Assembly (NCBI GenBank): GCA_043813915.1
Contig: JBDRKO010000001.1
Coordinates: forward strand, 835-64,834
Source of the DNA: Candidatus Omnitrophota bacterium
GTDB lineage: Bacteria > Omnitrophota > Gorgyraeia > Tantalellales > Tantalellaceae
Direction: 5' to 3'
DNA length: 64,000 bases
Positions 8,932-18,688 of the stretch are shown here, one piece after another; the stretch's first letter is position 1; every line of letters starts with the position of its first letter. A program made the position numbers and the translations under genes. Under the pieces are notes generated by a model, which was given only the letters and a program-made list of their open reading frames with translations, ran no database searches and was not told where the DNA came from.

Positions 8932-9798
8932 TTAAAGGTGTCCCCGCGCTCTATTGGCCTCTTTGACCTTCTCGGAAGCGGCTCTCAGGGCTTCTACGGT
9001 CTCTTTCCCGACCCTGACCTTTCCCAGAAGTATCTTTCCTTTTCTTGTATCACCGTGACAATCCGATCCCCCGGTCGCTATCAGACCGTGTTCTTCGGCA
9101 AAAGCCAGATATTTCGCGCTATCGGCCGGGCTGTGTTTTGTATGGTATACTTCTATACCCATTACGCCCGCTTCCACATGGTCCATAAGCGCTTCGTCCT
9201 TAACGGACCCTCCGGGATGCGCCAGGACCGGTACTCCGCCGGCGTCCTTTATAATGGAGACAGCTTCTATATGACTTGGTTTTTTGTGGCCTACATAACA
9301 TGGTTTGCCGTCGCCGATATACCGGTCAAACGCCTCATAAACATCTCCGACCAAACGTTCTTCCGCCATTATGCGGGCAAGATGAAGCCTGCCGACCGTC
9401 CCCCCGGCCTCGGCGCTGAAGACCTTTTCTTTCGGGACCGTTATGCCGCTCGAAGCAAGAAGCGCAAGCATCTGTTCCATCCGCTCTACCCGGGATCTTT
9501 TCTGAACGGAAAGAAAATCCAAAAAAGCCCGGTCCCTCGGATCAACAAAATACCCGAGTATATGGACCTCTCCTTCTCCTTTGGTCGCGGAGATCTCCAC
9601 CCCGGGAATGATCTCTATATCCTGTCCTTCCGCCGCCTCGATGCTCATACCGATCGCATCCACGCTATCGTGATCGGTCAGAGCAATAGCCCCCAGCCCT
9701 ATCTCCACGGCTTTTTCCACTACCTTCCGCGGAGAGAATATCCCGTCCGAACGGTCCGTATGCACATGGAGATCGGCGAAATCATTTTTATCCGCCAT
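8932..9798 (-). CDS. PHP-domain (polymerase/histidinol phosphatase-like) metal-dependent phosphoesterase
   Basis: DLHVHTDRSDG and later H/D metal ligands; start taken at MADKNDF; embedded between nusB and ribD. Confidence 0.7.
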   Translation of the reverse strand: MADKNDFADLHVHTDRSDGIFSPRKVVEKAVEIGLGAIALTDHDSVDAIGMSIEAAEGQDIEIIPGVEISATKGEGEVHILGYFVDPRDRAFLDFLSVQKRSRVERMEQMLALLASSGITVPKEKVFSAEAGGTVGRLHLARIMAEERLVGDVYEAFDRYIGDGKPCYVGHKKPSHIEAVSIIKDAGGVPVLAHPGGSVKDEALMDHVEAGVMGIEVYHTKHSPADSAKYLAFAEEHGLIATGGSDCHGDTRKGKILLGKVRVGKETVEALRAASEKVKEANRARGHL

Positions 9799-10213
9799 AC
9801 TGTCCCCTCTCCCTCTCTTTTTTGATCTCATCAAGTATCCCGTTAACGAATCTCCCGGAATTTTCGTCGCCGTATTTTTTTGCCATTTCTATAGCCTCGT
9901 TTATAACGACCTTTGCCGGGGTGGACTCTTCGTGCAGAAGTTCATAAACTGCGATACGCAGGATATTCCTATCGATGGACGCCATACGGTCCATGTTCCA
10001 ATTGGTAGCGCACGCGGAGATCACTTTATCTATCTCCGCGTAATTGGAGTTTACGCCACGGATCAGCTGCTGCGCAAAATCTTTTATACTTTTGCTTTTT
10101 CCCGGATTATTAAGCCAGTATTTCTCTTCTGTCTCCTCCATGGTCTCTTTCGTGATGTCCCCGGCGTAAAGCACCTTAAGCGCTATTTCGCGCGAAACCG
10201 TGCGTTGTCTCAT
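9788..10213 (-). CDS. nusB: Transcription antitermination factor NusB
   Basis: 141 aa; REIALKVLY...ILRIAVYELL NusB signature. Confidence 0.85.
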   Translation of the reverse strand: MRQRTVSREIALKVLYAGDITKETMEETEEKYWLNNPGKSKSIKDFAQQLIRGVNSNYAEIDKVISACATNWNMDRMASIDRNILRIAVYELLHEESTPAKVVINEAIEMAKKYGDENSGRFVNGILDEIKKERERGQYGG

Positions 10214-10344
10214 GTTTTACCTGCCTGTTAAATCTTGCTTAGCGCATAGAGCATGGCGCATAGCGCATAATAAGTTCAAAAAATACATTCGTCCCCGAAC
10301 AGATCCCATCCGGGATAGATGTTATCCCGGATGGGATCTGGGGG

Positions 10345-10815
10345 CTAAACCTGCGTATAAATATCACACATTTCTATCGCCGTAGTAGCCGCATCTCTTC
10401 CCTTGTTGCCGCTCTTTGTGCCGGCACGGTCAAGCGCTTGTTCAAGATTGTCGGTCGTTATGATACCGAAAACACAAGGGATCTTGCTATCCATAGCTAC
10501 TTTAGCTACACCTTTAGCGGCTTCCGCCGAGATAAGGTCGAAATGCGGGGTTTCTCCCCTGATGATCGCTCCCAGACACAATACCGCGTCGTATTTACCG
10601 GAAGAGGCCATCTTCTTGGCCAGCATCGGTGTCTCGAAGGATCCGGGGACCCATACTACGGAAATATCGTTTTCCTTGACGCCGTGCTTCACTAGACTGT
10701 CGATCGCGCCGTCCAGCAGTTTAGACGAAATGAATTCGTTGAAACGGGAAACGACTATGCCGAACTTTTTCCCTTTCGCGTCCATTTTACCTTTTATGAC
10801 CTTTACACCTGACAT
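10345..10815 (-). CDS. ribH: 6,7-dimethyl-8-ribityllumazine synthase
   Basis: 156 aa; [12 protein letters not shown]...VPGSFE motif. Confidence 0.9.
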   Translation of the reverse strand: MSGVKVIKGKMDAKGKKFGIVVSRFNEFISSKLLDGAIDSLVKHGVKENDISVVWVPGSFETPMLAKKMASSGKYDAVLCLGAIIRGETPHFDLISAEAAKGVAKVAMDSKIPCVFGIITTDNLEQALDRAGTKSGNKGRDAATTAIEMCDIYTQV

Positions 10816-10830
10816 ATCTTCCTCCTTATT

Positions 10831-10932
10831 TGAGTTTATAGGGTTTATCGCGTTTGTAGCGTTTGTCGGGTTTTCTTATCCGACGGAAACTCCATTGTCT
10901 ACTACGAACTATGAACTGCCAACTACGAACTC
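10831..10932. repeat. Family A palindromic repeat, copy A2 (inside rib operon, between ribBA and ribH)
   Basis: gagtttatagggtttatcgcgtttgtagcgtttgtcggg ... ctactacgaactatgaactgccaactacgaactc. Confidence 0.7.
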
Positions 10933-10937
10933 TTATT

Positions 10938-12143
10938 CTAGACCTTCTCTAACTTATGCCCCATCCTTTTCTTCTTAACTTCCAGATATTTTCTGTTCAT
11001 TTTGCCCGGGTTTGTCTCCAGCGGTATCCTTTTCGTTATACGCAGGCCGTAACCGCTAAGCCCTATGATCTTTCGCGGGTTGTTGGTAAGAAGTTTTATC
11101 TTTTTAAGACCCAGGTCCGCCAATATCTGCGCACCTATACCGTAATCCCTGAGATCCGCTTTGAATCCGAGCTGTTCGTTAGCCTCTACCGTATCCAGTC
11201 CGGAATCCTGAAGCTGATACGCTTTTATCTTATTAAGGATGCCTATACCCCGCCCTTCCTGGGCCAGATAGAGGATAACACCTTTACTTTCGCGCGCGAT
11301 CATTTTCATCGCTAGTTCAAGCTGATCCCCGCAATCGCATCTGAGAGAATGAAATATATCTCCCGTCAGGCATTGAGAATGGACCCTGACTATACTCTCT
11401 CCCTTGGTCACGTTTCCCATGACGAGAGCCAGATGCTGATAATCATCAAGTTTGGAGGTGTACGCGTGCAGACGGAACGTCCCGAACGGTGTAGGCAGTT
11501 CCGCTTCGGCCACCTTTTCTATCAATTCCTCTTTTGCCCGTCTGTAACGGATAAGGTCTTCTATCGTACATATCTTGAGACCGTGTTTTTTTGTGAATTT
11601 CATTAAGTTAGGCATCCTCGCCATGGTCCCGTCCTCGTTCATGATCTCGCATATCACTCCAACGCTCGACAATCCCGCAAGTTTCATCAGATCGACACTC
11701 GCTTCGGTATGCCCGGCGCGGACAAGCACTCCGCCTTTTTTTGACCGCAGAGGGAAAATATGTCCCGGTCTGACAAAATCTCTGGCTCTGGAAGCCGGGT
11801 CGGCAAGCATTTTTATCGTTCTGGCCCTGTCATGCGCGGATATACCCGTTGTCACCTTTTCCGCCGCGTCCACGGATACGGCCCAGGCCGTTTTGAACGG
11901 ATCCTGCCGATCGGCCGACTGCGACATAAGGTGCAGGCCCAGTCTATCGGCGATCATGTCGTTCATGGGTACGCATATAAGTCCTCTGCCGTGTTTAGCC
12001 ATAAAATTGACCTTTTGGGGTGTGATCTTTTCGGCGGAAGCAATAAGGTCCCCCTCATTTTCCCTGGAAGGATCATCCACAACCACGACCATACGGCCTG
12101 CTTTAAGGTCTTTTACGGCTTCTTCTATCGTATTGAGTTTCAT
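10938..12143 (-). CDS. ribBA: Bifunctional 3,4-dihydroxy-2-butanone-4-phosphate synthase / GTP cyclohydrolase II
   Basis: 401 aa; DHBP synthase N-half (DDPSRENEGDLI) and GCHII C-half (CDCG zinc motif); AAGGAAAGG RBS upstream. Confidence 0.9.
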   Translation of the reverse strand: MKLNTIEEAVKDLKAGRMVVVVDDPSRENEGDLIASAEKITPQKVNFMAKHGRGLICVPMNDMIADRLGLHLMSQSADRQDPFKTAWAVSVDAAEKVTTGISAHDRARTIKMLADPASRARDFVRPGHIFPLRSKKGGVLVRAGHTEASVDLMKLAGLSSVGVICEIMNEDGTMARMPNLMKFTKKHGLKICTIEDLIRYRRAKEELIEKVAEAELPTPFGTFRLHAYTSKLDDYQHLALVMGNVTKGESIVRVHSQCLTGDIFHSLRCDCGDQLELAMKMIARESKGVILYLAQEGRGIGILNKIKAYQLQDSGLDTVEANEQLGFKADLRDYGIGAQILADLGLKKIKLLTNNPRKIIGLSGYGLRITKRIPLETNPGKMNRKYLEVKKKRMGHKLEKV

Positions 12144-12164
12144 GCCTTTCCTTATGTTCCTGTC

Positions 12165-12315
12165 ACTTCACATATACCCCGGCCTGAAGGCCGGGGTTTG
12201 TTTGCCCTGCCTGTCCCGAGCTTGTCGAGGGGAGCGAAGCCGAAGGGTTTACAATTGATCCTGTTTTTCCTTGCTCTGAAACACGGGGCTTAGACGGGGC
12301 GAACGGGTTAAAAAA
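12165..12315. repeat. Family D structured repeat, copy D1 (in ribBA leader, downstream of riboswitch terminator)
   Basis: ataCCCCGGCCtgaaGGCCGGGGtttgtttGCCCTGCCTGTCCCGAGC...GAGGGGAGC...GGGGCGAACGGG; homologous copies 37150-37345 and 44400-44545. Confidence 0.7.
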
Positions 12316-12500
12316 AAGACCCCCGAACACATACTTCAGGGGTCTTTTTTAAAACTTCTCTTCTCCCATCCCGGCTTTACGGTCGGTACCCGATTTTCGC
12401 GGGTTCAGGCCTTTTATTAAAGGCCTCGCGGACTTATCCCCGGTCTGCCCGGAGAAACACCGCCGGCTAAGGACTTTCCCCGTCTAAGCTGGGATCACCT
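12311..12500 (-). promoter_or_regulatory. FMN riboswitch (RFN element) with intrinsic terminator expression platform
   Basis: Minus-strand sequence CUUCGGGGUAAGGUGAUCCCAGC...AGCCGGCGGUG...GUACCGACCGUAAAGCCGGGAUGGGAGAAG matches conserved FMN aptamer blocks (compare B. subtilis ...UUCCCGACCGGCGGUA...AGCCGACAGUGAAAGUCUGGAUGGGAGAAG); followed by AGACCCC...GGGGUCU hairpin plus U8 at 12318-12350. Confidence 0.75.
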
Positions 12501-12699
12501 TACCCCGAAGTTCTTAATGATTTTAACATACATTGACCATAAGTCAATACGTTATCTCTTGCTTGTCTAACCGTCATTGCTCTCTACGATCGCGACCCGA
12601 TTCCGTCATTGCAAGAAGGCGCCGAGAACGTAATGTTCGAGGTGTGCCGAGACCTCCGGGCGAGGCCCGCAGACCGACGCGGCAATCTCTTTCGAATTA

Positions 12700-12885
12700 T
12701 CAAAACTGCCTGTATACGCTCACTTCGTTCGCGAGATCCTTCGTCTCATCCTCACTTGGCTCGGCTTCGCTCGGGATAAATTCGACCATATAACTTGCGT
12801 TCACTTCGTTCCGCAAGAGATCCCTCGCTTCGCTCGGGATAAATTCGACCATATAACTTGCGTTCACTTCGTTCCGCAAGTTATG
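12700..12885. repeat. Tandem 63-bp direct repeat (about 2.5 copies) immediately downstream of groEL
   Basis: cttcgctcgggataaattcgaccatataacttgcgttcacttcgttccgcaag appears identically at about 12766-12818 and 12829-12881, with a diverged partial copy 12709-12765. Confidence 0.8.
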
Positions 12886-12892
12886 GTCTCAT

Positions 12893-14557
<1,665 letters not shown>

Positions 14558-14585
14558 CTATCTGAACAGATCACGTATCGGTTCA

Positions 14586-14873
14586 TCAATTCACTATGCC
14601 GAGCACATCTTCTTCTTTAAGCATCATCAGGTCTTTTCCGTCGATCTTTAATTCCGTTCCGGAATACTTGCCGAAGATCACCGTGTCCCCGGGTTTGACC
14701 TCCAACGCTATTGTCTTGCCTTCGTCGTTCGTTCTGCCTTTTCCGACGGACACGACTTTAGCTTGTTGGGGCTTTTCTTTCGCGTTGTCAGGCAGAAGTA
14801 TTCCGCCCTTTGTCTTCTCCTCCGCTTCAAGGACCTCTACCAGGATCCTGTCACCAAGTGGTTTTACTTTCAT
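14586..14873 (-). CDS. groES: Co-chaperonin GroES
   Basis: 95 aa; [12 protein letters not shown]... GroES. Confidence 0.95.
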   Translation of the reverse strand: MKVKPLGDRILVEVLEAEEKTKGGILLPDNAKEKPQQAKVVSVGKGRTNDEGKTIALEVKPGDTVIFGKYSGTELKIDGKDLMMLKEEDVLGIVN

Positions 14874-14922
14874 TTCCTTCCCTCCGTTTTTTACGTTTAT
14901 TTAATAAACCCTTAATTTATTT

Positions 14923-14949
14923 TTAGCACTCATGCCACGTGAGTGCTAA
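14923..14949. promoter_or_regulatory. CIRCE operator (HrcA binding site) upstream of groES
   Basis: Perfect TTAGCACTC-N9-GAGTGCTAA inverted repeat. Confidence 0.9.
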
Positions 14950-15002
14950 TGAGATGACATTATAGAAAAACCACCGATATTGTCAAGATTTTTTTAATGA
15001 GG

Positions 15003-15758
15003 CTAGAGTTCCGACAGAAGTTTCAGTCCTCTGAAGATCAGGTCCGGCTGGATATCCTTTTTCAGGATACAACGTGAATGTCTTTCCACCAAGGCGGCGT
15101 CTCCGCCCGTAATTACGATCTTCAGCTTAGCGCCATAGGCTTCGCGGAATCTGTCGATAATACCGTCGCATAGAGCCGCATACCCAAGGATTATCCCCAG
15201 ATTCATGCTGTCACGGGTGTTTTTTCCGAAAAGGCCCTGTTGGACGGTCTTGAGCGCGGTTTTCGGTAAAAGTGCCGTATTCTCCGTCAAAGCGGACAGC
15301 CCAAGCCGTATCCCGGGGAAAATAAGCCCTCCTTCGTACACCCCGGCCGATAAGACAATATCAAAGGTCACCGCTGTGCCGAAATCTATCACCAGAACGG
15401 GTCCTTTACGCAGCCTATAGGCGCTGAATGCCGTGACCAGACGATCCTGCCCTACCTGCGCAGGGCTGTCATAATCGACCTTCATCGGCACTTTAACCTC
15501 TTTACCGACCGTTCGGATCCTCGCGCCCGGTATCACCTTTTTGAGGCTGGCCGTCAAAATATCGTAGAAATCCGGGACCACGCTCACGATCAGCACTTCT
15601 TCGATATCCTTACGGCGCTTTCCCAAAAGACGTGCCAGAGATCGCGGTCTTACGCGTTTTTTGGACGTACTGATAAAATAGCGTTTTTTTATGCTATTCC
15701 CCTTCAAAAAAGCGATAGCCGTATTCGTATTGCCTATATCGATCAAAAGTACCGTCAT
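15003..15758 (-). CDS. coaX: Type III pantothenate kinase
   Basis: 251 aa; LLIDIGNTNT N-terminus, actin-fold CoaX. Confidence 0.85.
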   Translation of the reverse strand: MTVLLIDIGNTNTAIAFLKGNSIKKRYFISTSKKRVRPRSLARLLGKRRKDIEEVLIVSVVPDFYDILTASLKKVIPGARIRTVGKEVKVPMKVDYDSPAQVGQDRLVTAFSAYRLRKGPVLVIDFGTAVTFDIVLSAGVYEGGLIFPGIRLGLSALTENTALLPKTALKTVQQGLFGKNTRDSMNLGIILGYAALCDGIIDRFREAYGAKLKIVITGGDAALVERHSRCILKKDIQPDLIFRGLKLLSEL

Positions 15759-16798
15759 AATACCACGTCCCCGCTTAATATCCTCACTCTTTGATCTTCC
15801 TCTGTCCTCACTATCAAAGCGCCCGCCTCATCAAGGTCAATGGCTGTTCCCTTGATCCTTTTCCCGTGATGGGAAACTTCCACGACCCTATCCAGAACCA
15901 ACGACAGTTTGCGGCATTCATTCCGCAATCCGGAGAACCCGTCTTTTTTAAAGGTGAAATAATCCTTTTCCATTTCCTCCAGCAGGCATTTTGCCGTTCT
16001 AGTGAGACCGACTTTTTCTCCGGTGACCTCTCTCAGGGACACGGCTTCGTCAGGCAGGTCTTTCTGCCAGGTGTCAACGTTGAGCCCTATACCAAGGACA
16101 AGAAAATCCACTTTATCCGGCTGGGCTTTCATCTCCGTCAATATGCCGCACACTTTTTTGCCGTTAAGCAGTATATCGTTTGGCCATTTAATGCCGGCAT
16201 CAAGTCCCGTAAGTGCCTTTATGGCCCTCGAGACGGATAACGCCGCCACCAAGGTCAGGGAGGGGACTTCATTAATATCCGCGGGCGGCCTGAGAATGAC
16301 AGATAAGTATAAACCCCCGTTTTTCGGGGATATCCACTTTCTGCCCATACGTCCTTTCCCTTTTGATTGGGAAGATGCTATAACAACGGTTCCTTCCGGC
16401 GCTCCGGACTCCGCGAGTTCGTACGCTTTATCGTTGGTAGAACCGATCTCGTCATACTGGAGCACTTCTCCGGTCTTACCTATGACATTTGTCTCTAACT
16501 GCCCCGCAAGCGAATACCCGTAGATCCGGTCCGGCTCATCCTTGAGTTTATATCCCGAACGCGGCGCGGCCTCCACTACATAACCTTCTTCTCTTATCTC
16601 CTTAATATACTTCCATAACGCGGCACGGGAAAACCCCAGCTTATCCGAAAGGGTCTCACCCGATACATACGTATCGGGATTTTCCCTCAGAAAGGTCACT
16701 ATCTTCATTTTTATATCATAACGTTTCACGATGCGTCCCGCGATCCTTCCCCCGTCCGTTTTTCCATACCGCGAACCGAACGCGGTATTATCTAACAT
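15755..16798 (-). CDS. birA: Biotin--[acetyl-CoA-carboxylase] ligase with N-terminal HTH (BirA)
   Basis: HTH then GKGRMGRKW biotin-ligase motif; true start may be the internal MKIVTF. Confidence 0.8.
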   Translation of the reverse strand: MLDNTAFGSRYGKTDGGRIAGRIVKRYDIKMKIVTFLRENPDTYVSGETLSDKLGFSRAALWKYIKEIREEGYVVEAAPRSGYKLKDEPDRIYGYSLAGQLETNVIGKTGEVLQYDEIGSTNDKAYELAESGAPEGTVVIASSQSKGKGRMGRKWISPKNGGLYLSVILRPPADINEVPSLTLVAALSVSRAIKALTGLDAGIKWPNDILLNGKKVCGILTEMKAQPDKVDFLVLGIGLNVDTWQKDLPDEAVSLREVTGEKVGLTRTAKCLLEEMEKDYFTFKKDGFSGLRNECRKLSLVLDRVVEVSHHGKRIKGTAIDLDEAGALIVRTEEDQRVRILSGDVVL

Positions 16799-17400
16799 TA
16801 CAAGCTCAATATCACTTTTGTGAGAAAACGGACAAGAGGCAGTATAACTCTATCAAAAAGCCCGAGGTACAGTAGTCCTATAAGAACAATGAAGCCATAT
16901 TTCCTCATCAACATGAATTTTACGGCCGCTTTGGGAGGGAGCAGTGCAGCAAGTATCCCGGACCCGTCGAGCGGCGGTATGGGCACAAGATTAAAAATTC
17001 CCAATACCAGACTGATCATTATCCCCGAGACAAGAAAACTCCAGAGCGCCGAGTAAGCGGCGAAAAGATGCGTTCTTAAGATCATCCCGAAAAGAAAAGC
17101 CAGTAAAAAATTTGACGCGGGCCCCGCAAGCGACGTCAGGAGCATACCTTTAGCGGGATCCTTGAAATTCCTTGGATCTATAGGGACGGGTTTGGCCCAA
17201 CCGAAGATGACCGGTGAATGCGTAATAGCAAGCATCGCCGGAAGCATTACCGTTCCCACGGGGTCAATATGGGCCAGCGGGTTAAGAGTAAGCCTTCCCG
17301 CGTCCCTTGCGGTAGTATCTCCCAGACGGTATGCCGCATACCCGTGCGCGAACTCATGCACGGAAAGGACCAGAATAAATACAAAGATGGAAATAAACAT
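16798..17400 (-). CDS. Site-2 protease family zinc metalloprotease (SpoIVFB-like, membrane)
   Basis: 200 aa; HEFAHG HExxH in TM helix, multiple TM segments. Confidence 0.75.
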   Translation of the reverse strand: MFISIFVFILVLSVHEFAHGYAAYRLGDTTARDAGRLTLNPLAHIDPVGTVMLPAMLAITHSPVIFGWAKPVPIDPRNFKDPAKGMLLTSLAGPASNFLLAFLFGMILRTHLFAAYSALWSFLVSGIMISLVLGIFNLVPIPPLDGSGILAALLPPKAAVKFMLMRKYGFIVLIGLLYLGLFDRVILPLVRFLTKVILSL

Positions 17401-17415
17401 CGTCGGTATTTCGTA

Positions 17416-17595
17416 TTAACCCAAAGTGTATCCGCTGCGCTTGAGCGCTTTATCCATTCTTTCAAGCGCGATATTGAGGGATCCTCCCTCCGTGAGGTTA
17501 TTTCTGCAGACCGCGGCATATCCTTTACGGTTCTTTATTTTGAATGTCGTCACCTGAGACCTTGGCACTTTTTTTAGTTTTTTCTCTTTGGCCAT
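17416..17595 (-). CDS. Small hypothetical protein (59 aa; possible HicB/UPF0150-like fold)
   Basis: Own translation: MAKEKKLKKVPRSQVTTFKIKNRKGYAAVCRNNLTEGGSLNIALERMDKALKRSGYTLG; below ORF-track length cutoff; positioned 15 nt upstream of S2P gene in same orientation. Confidence 0.35.
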   Translation of the reverse strand: MAKEKKLKKVPRSQVTTFKIKNRKGYAAVCRNNLTEGGSLNIALERMDKALKRSGYTLG

Positions 17596-17663
17596 ATCTC
17601 CCCCTTTAATGAGCCCATAACTTATACGACCTAAGGGAATATAAGTTATCTGGGCGAATTAAA

Positions 17664-17691
17664 CCCCGCCCTTTCCCAGTAAAGGGCGGGG
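17664..17691 (-). terminator. Putative intrinsic terminator downstream of hflC
   Basis: CCCCGCCCTTT-cccagt-AAAGGGCGGGG hairpin followed on minus strand by TTTAATT. Confidence 0.45.
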
Positions 17692-17743
17692 TAAGTTCAG
17701 CCACATGTTTTATATTATCCCATTCCATATACTATGCCTTTCA

Positions 17744-18688
17744 TCATTCGAGAGATTTTATGTACTTATAGTAATCCCCGCTGGTCGTAAGGACTATCGT
17801 GGTTCCCGAGTCTATTGTATCCCCGTACGTTTCCAGGGTTTTGGTGAACGAGTAAAATTCCGGGTCTTTACCGTATGCTTCCGCGTATATCGCGATCGCT
17901 TTCGCGTCAGCCGCGCCTCTTAGCCCCTGAGAGGTCTTATACGCCTGTGAAGTGATAAGTTTCAATTCTTTTTCCATTCCCCCTTCTACTTCGGCGCTTT
18001 TTCCTCTGCCTTCTGACCTGTACATCTCCGCGGCCCGTTTTCTCTCGGATATCATGCGGTCATAGACCTTCTTTCTTACGTCTTCTACGTAATTTATACG
18101 TTTTATCCTCACATCGACAAGCTCTATCCCGTATTGAGGAACGATCACTTTGGACCTGGAAAGTATGTCCTGTTCCAGCTCGTGACGCCCTACCTTTATT
18201 TTTTCCAAGGCTTCTTCTCCGAGAGTAACAACGGAATCGTCCTCGGGGGTCGTTTCCAATATGCGGTTAGAGTCCCGTATCGCCTCTACAAGCAGGTGGC
18301 TTGTGATGACATCTCTCGTGGCGGAATTTATAACATCATCCAATCGGGCCTGAGCGCCCCTTTCGGACCCTACAGACTCCAGAAAAGTAAGCGCATCGAC
18401 TATCCGCCATCTAGCCGTAGTATCGACCCATATATATTTTTTGTCCCTAGTGGGTATCTGGTTAGGATCGCCGTCCCATTCCAGAAGACGTTTCTCGAAA
18501 TAATGCGCTTTTTGTATGAACGGCAGTTTGAAATGAAGGCCGGGTTTATCAAGCAGTCCCCGGACAGGTCTTCCGAACTGCGTAATGACCACTTGGTCGG
18601 TCTCGGAAATTATATATAGCACTCCTGCCGCAAAAAATACTATTACCGCGAAAACCAACGCGGCGGTTATTCTGATCAATATCTTCAT
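17744..18688 (-). CDS. hflC: Protease modulator HflC (SPFH/band-7)
   Basis: 314 aa; N-terminal TM then SPFH domain; paired with hflK. Confidence 0.85.
   Translation of the reverse strand: MKILIRITAALVFAVIVFFAAGVLYIISETDQVVITQFGRPVRGLLDKPGLHFKLPFIQKAHYFEKRLLEWDGDPNQIPTRDKKYIWVDTTARWRIVDALTFLESVGSERGAQARLDDVINSATRDVITSHLLVEAIRDSNRILETTPEDDSVVTLGEEALEKIKVGRHELEQDILSRSKVIVPQYGIELVDVRIKRINYVEDVRKKVYDRMISERKRAAEMYRSEGRGKSAEVEGGMEKELKLITSQAYKTSQGLRGAADAKAIAIYAEAYGKDPEFYSFTKTLETYGDTIDSGTTIVLTTSGDYYKYIKSLE

Noticed and set aside
12165-12315. Family D element as the FMN riboswitch itself
   Set aside because: Homologous copies sit upstream of prmC and the bactofilin gene, which are unrelated to flavin metabolism. 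The true FMN aptamer is the adjacent 12360-12500 segment.
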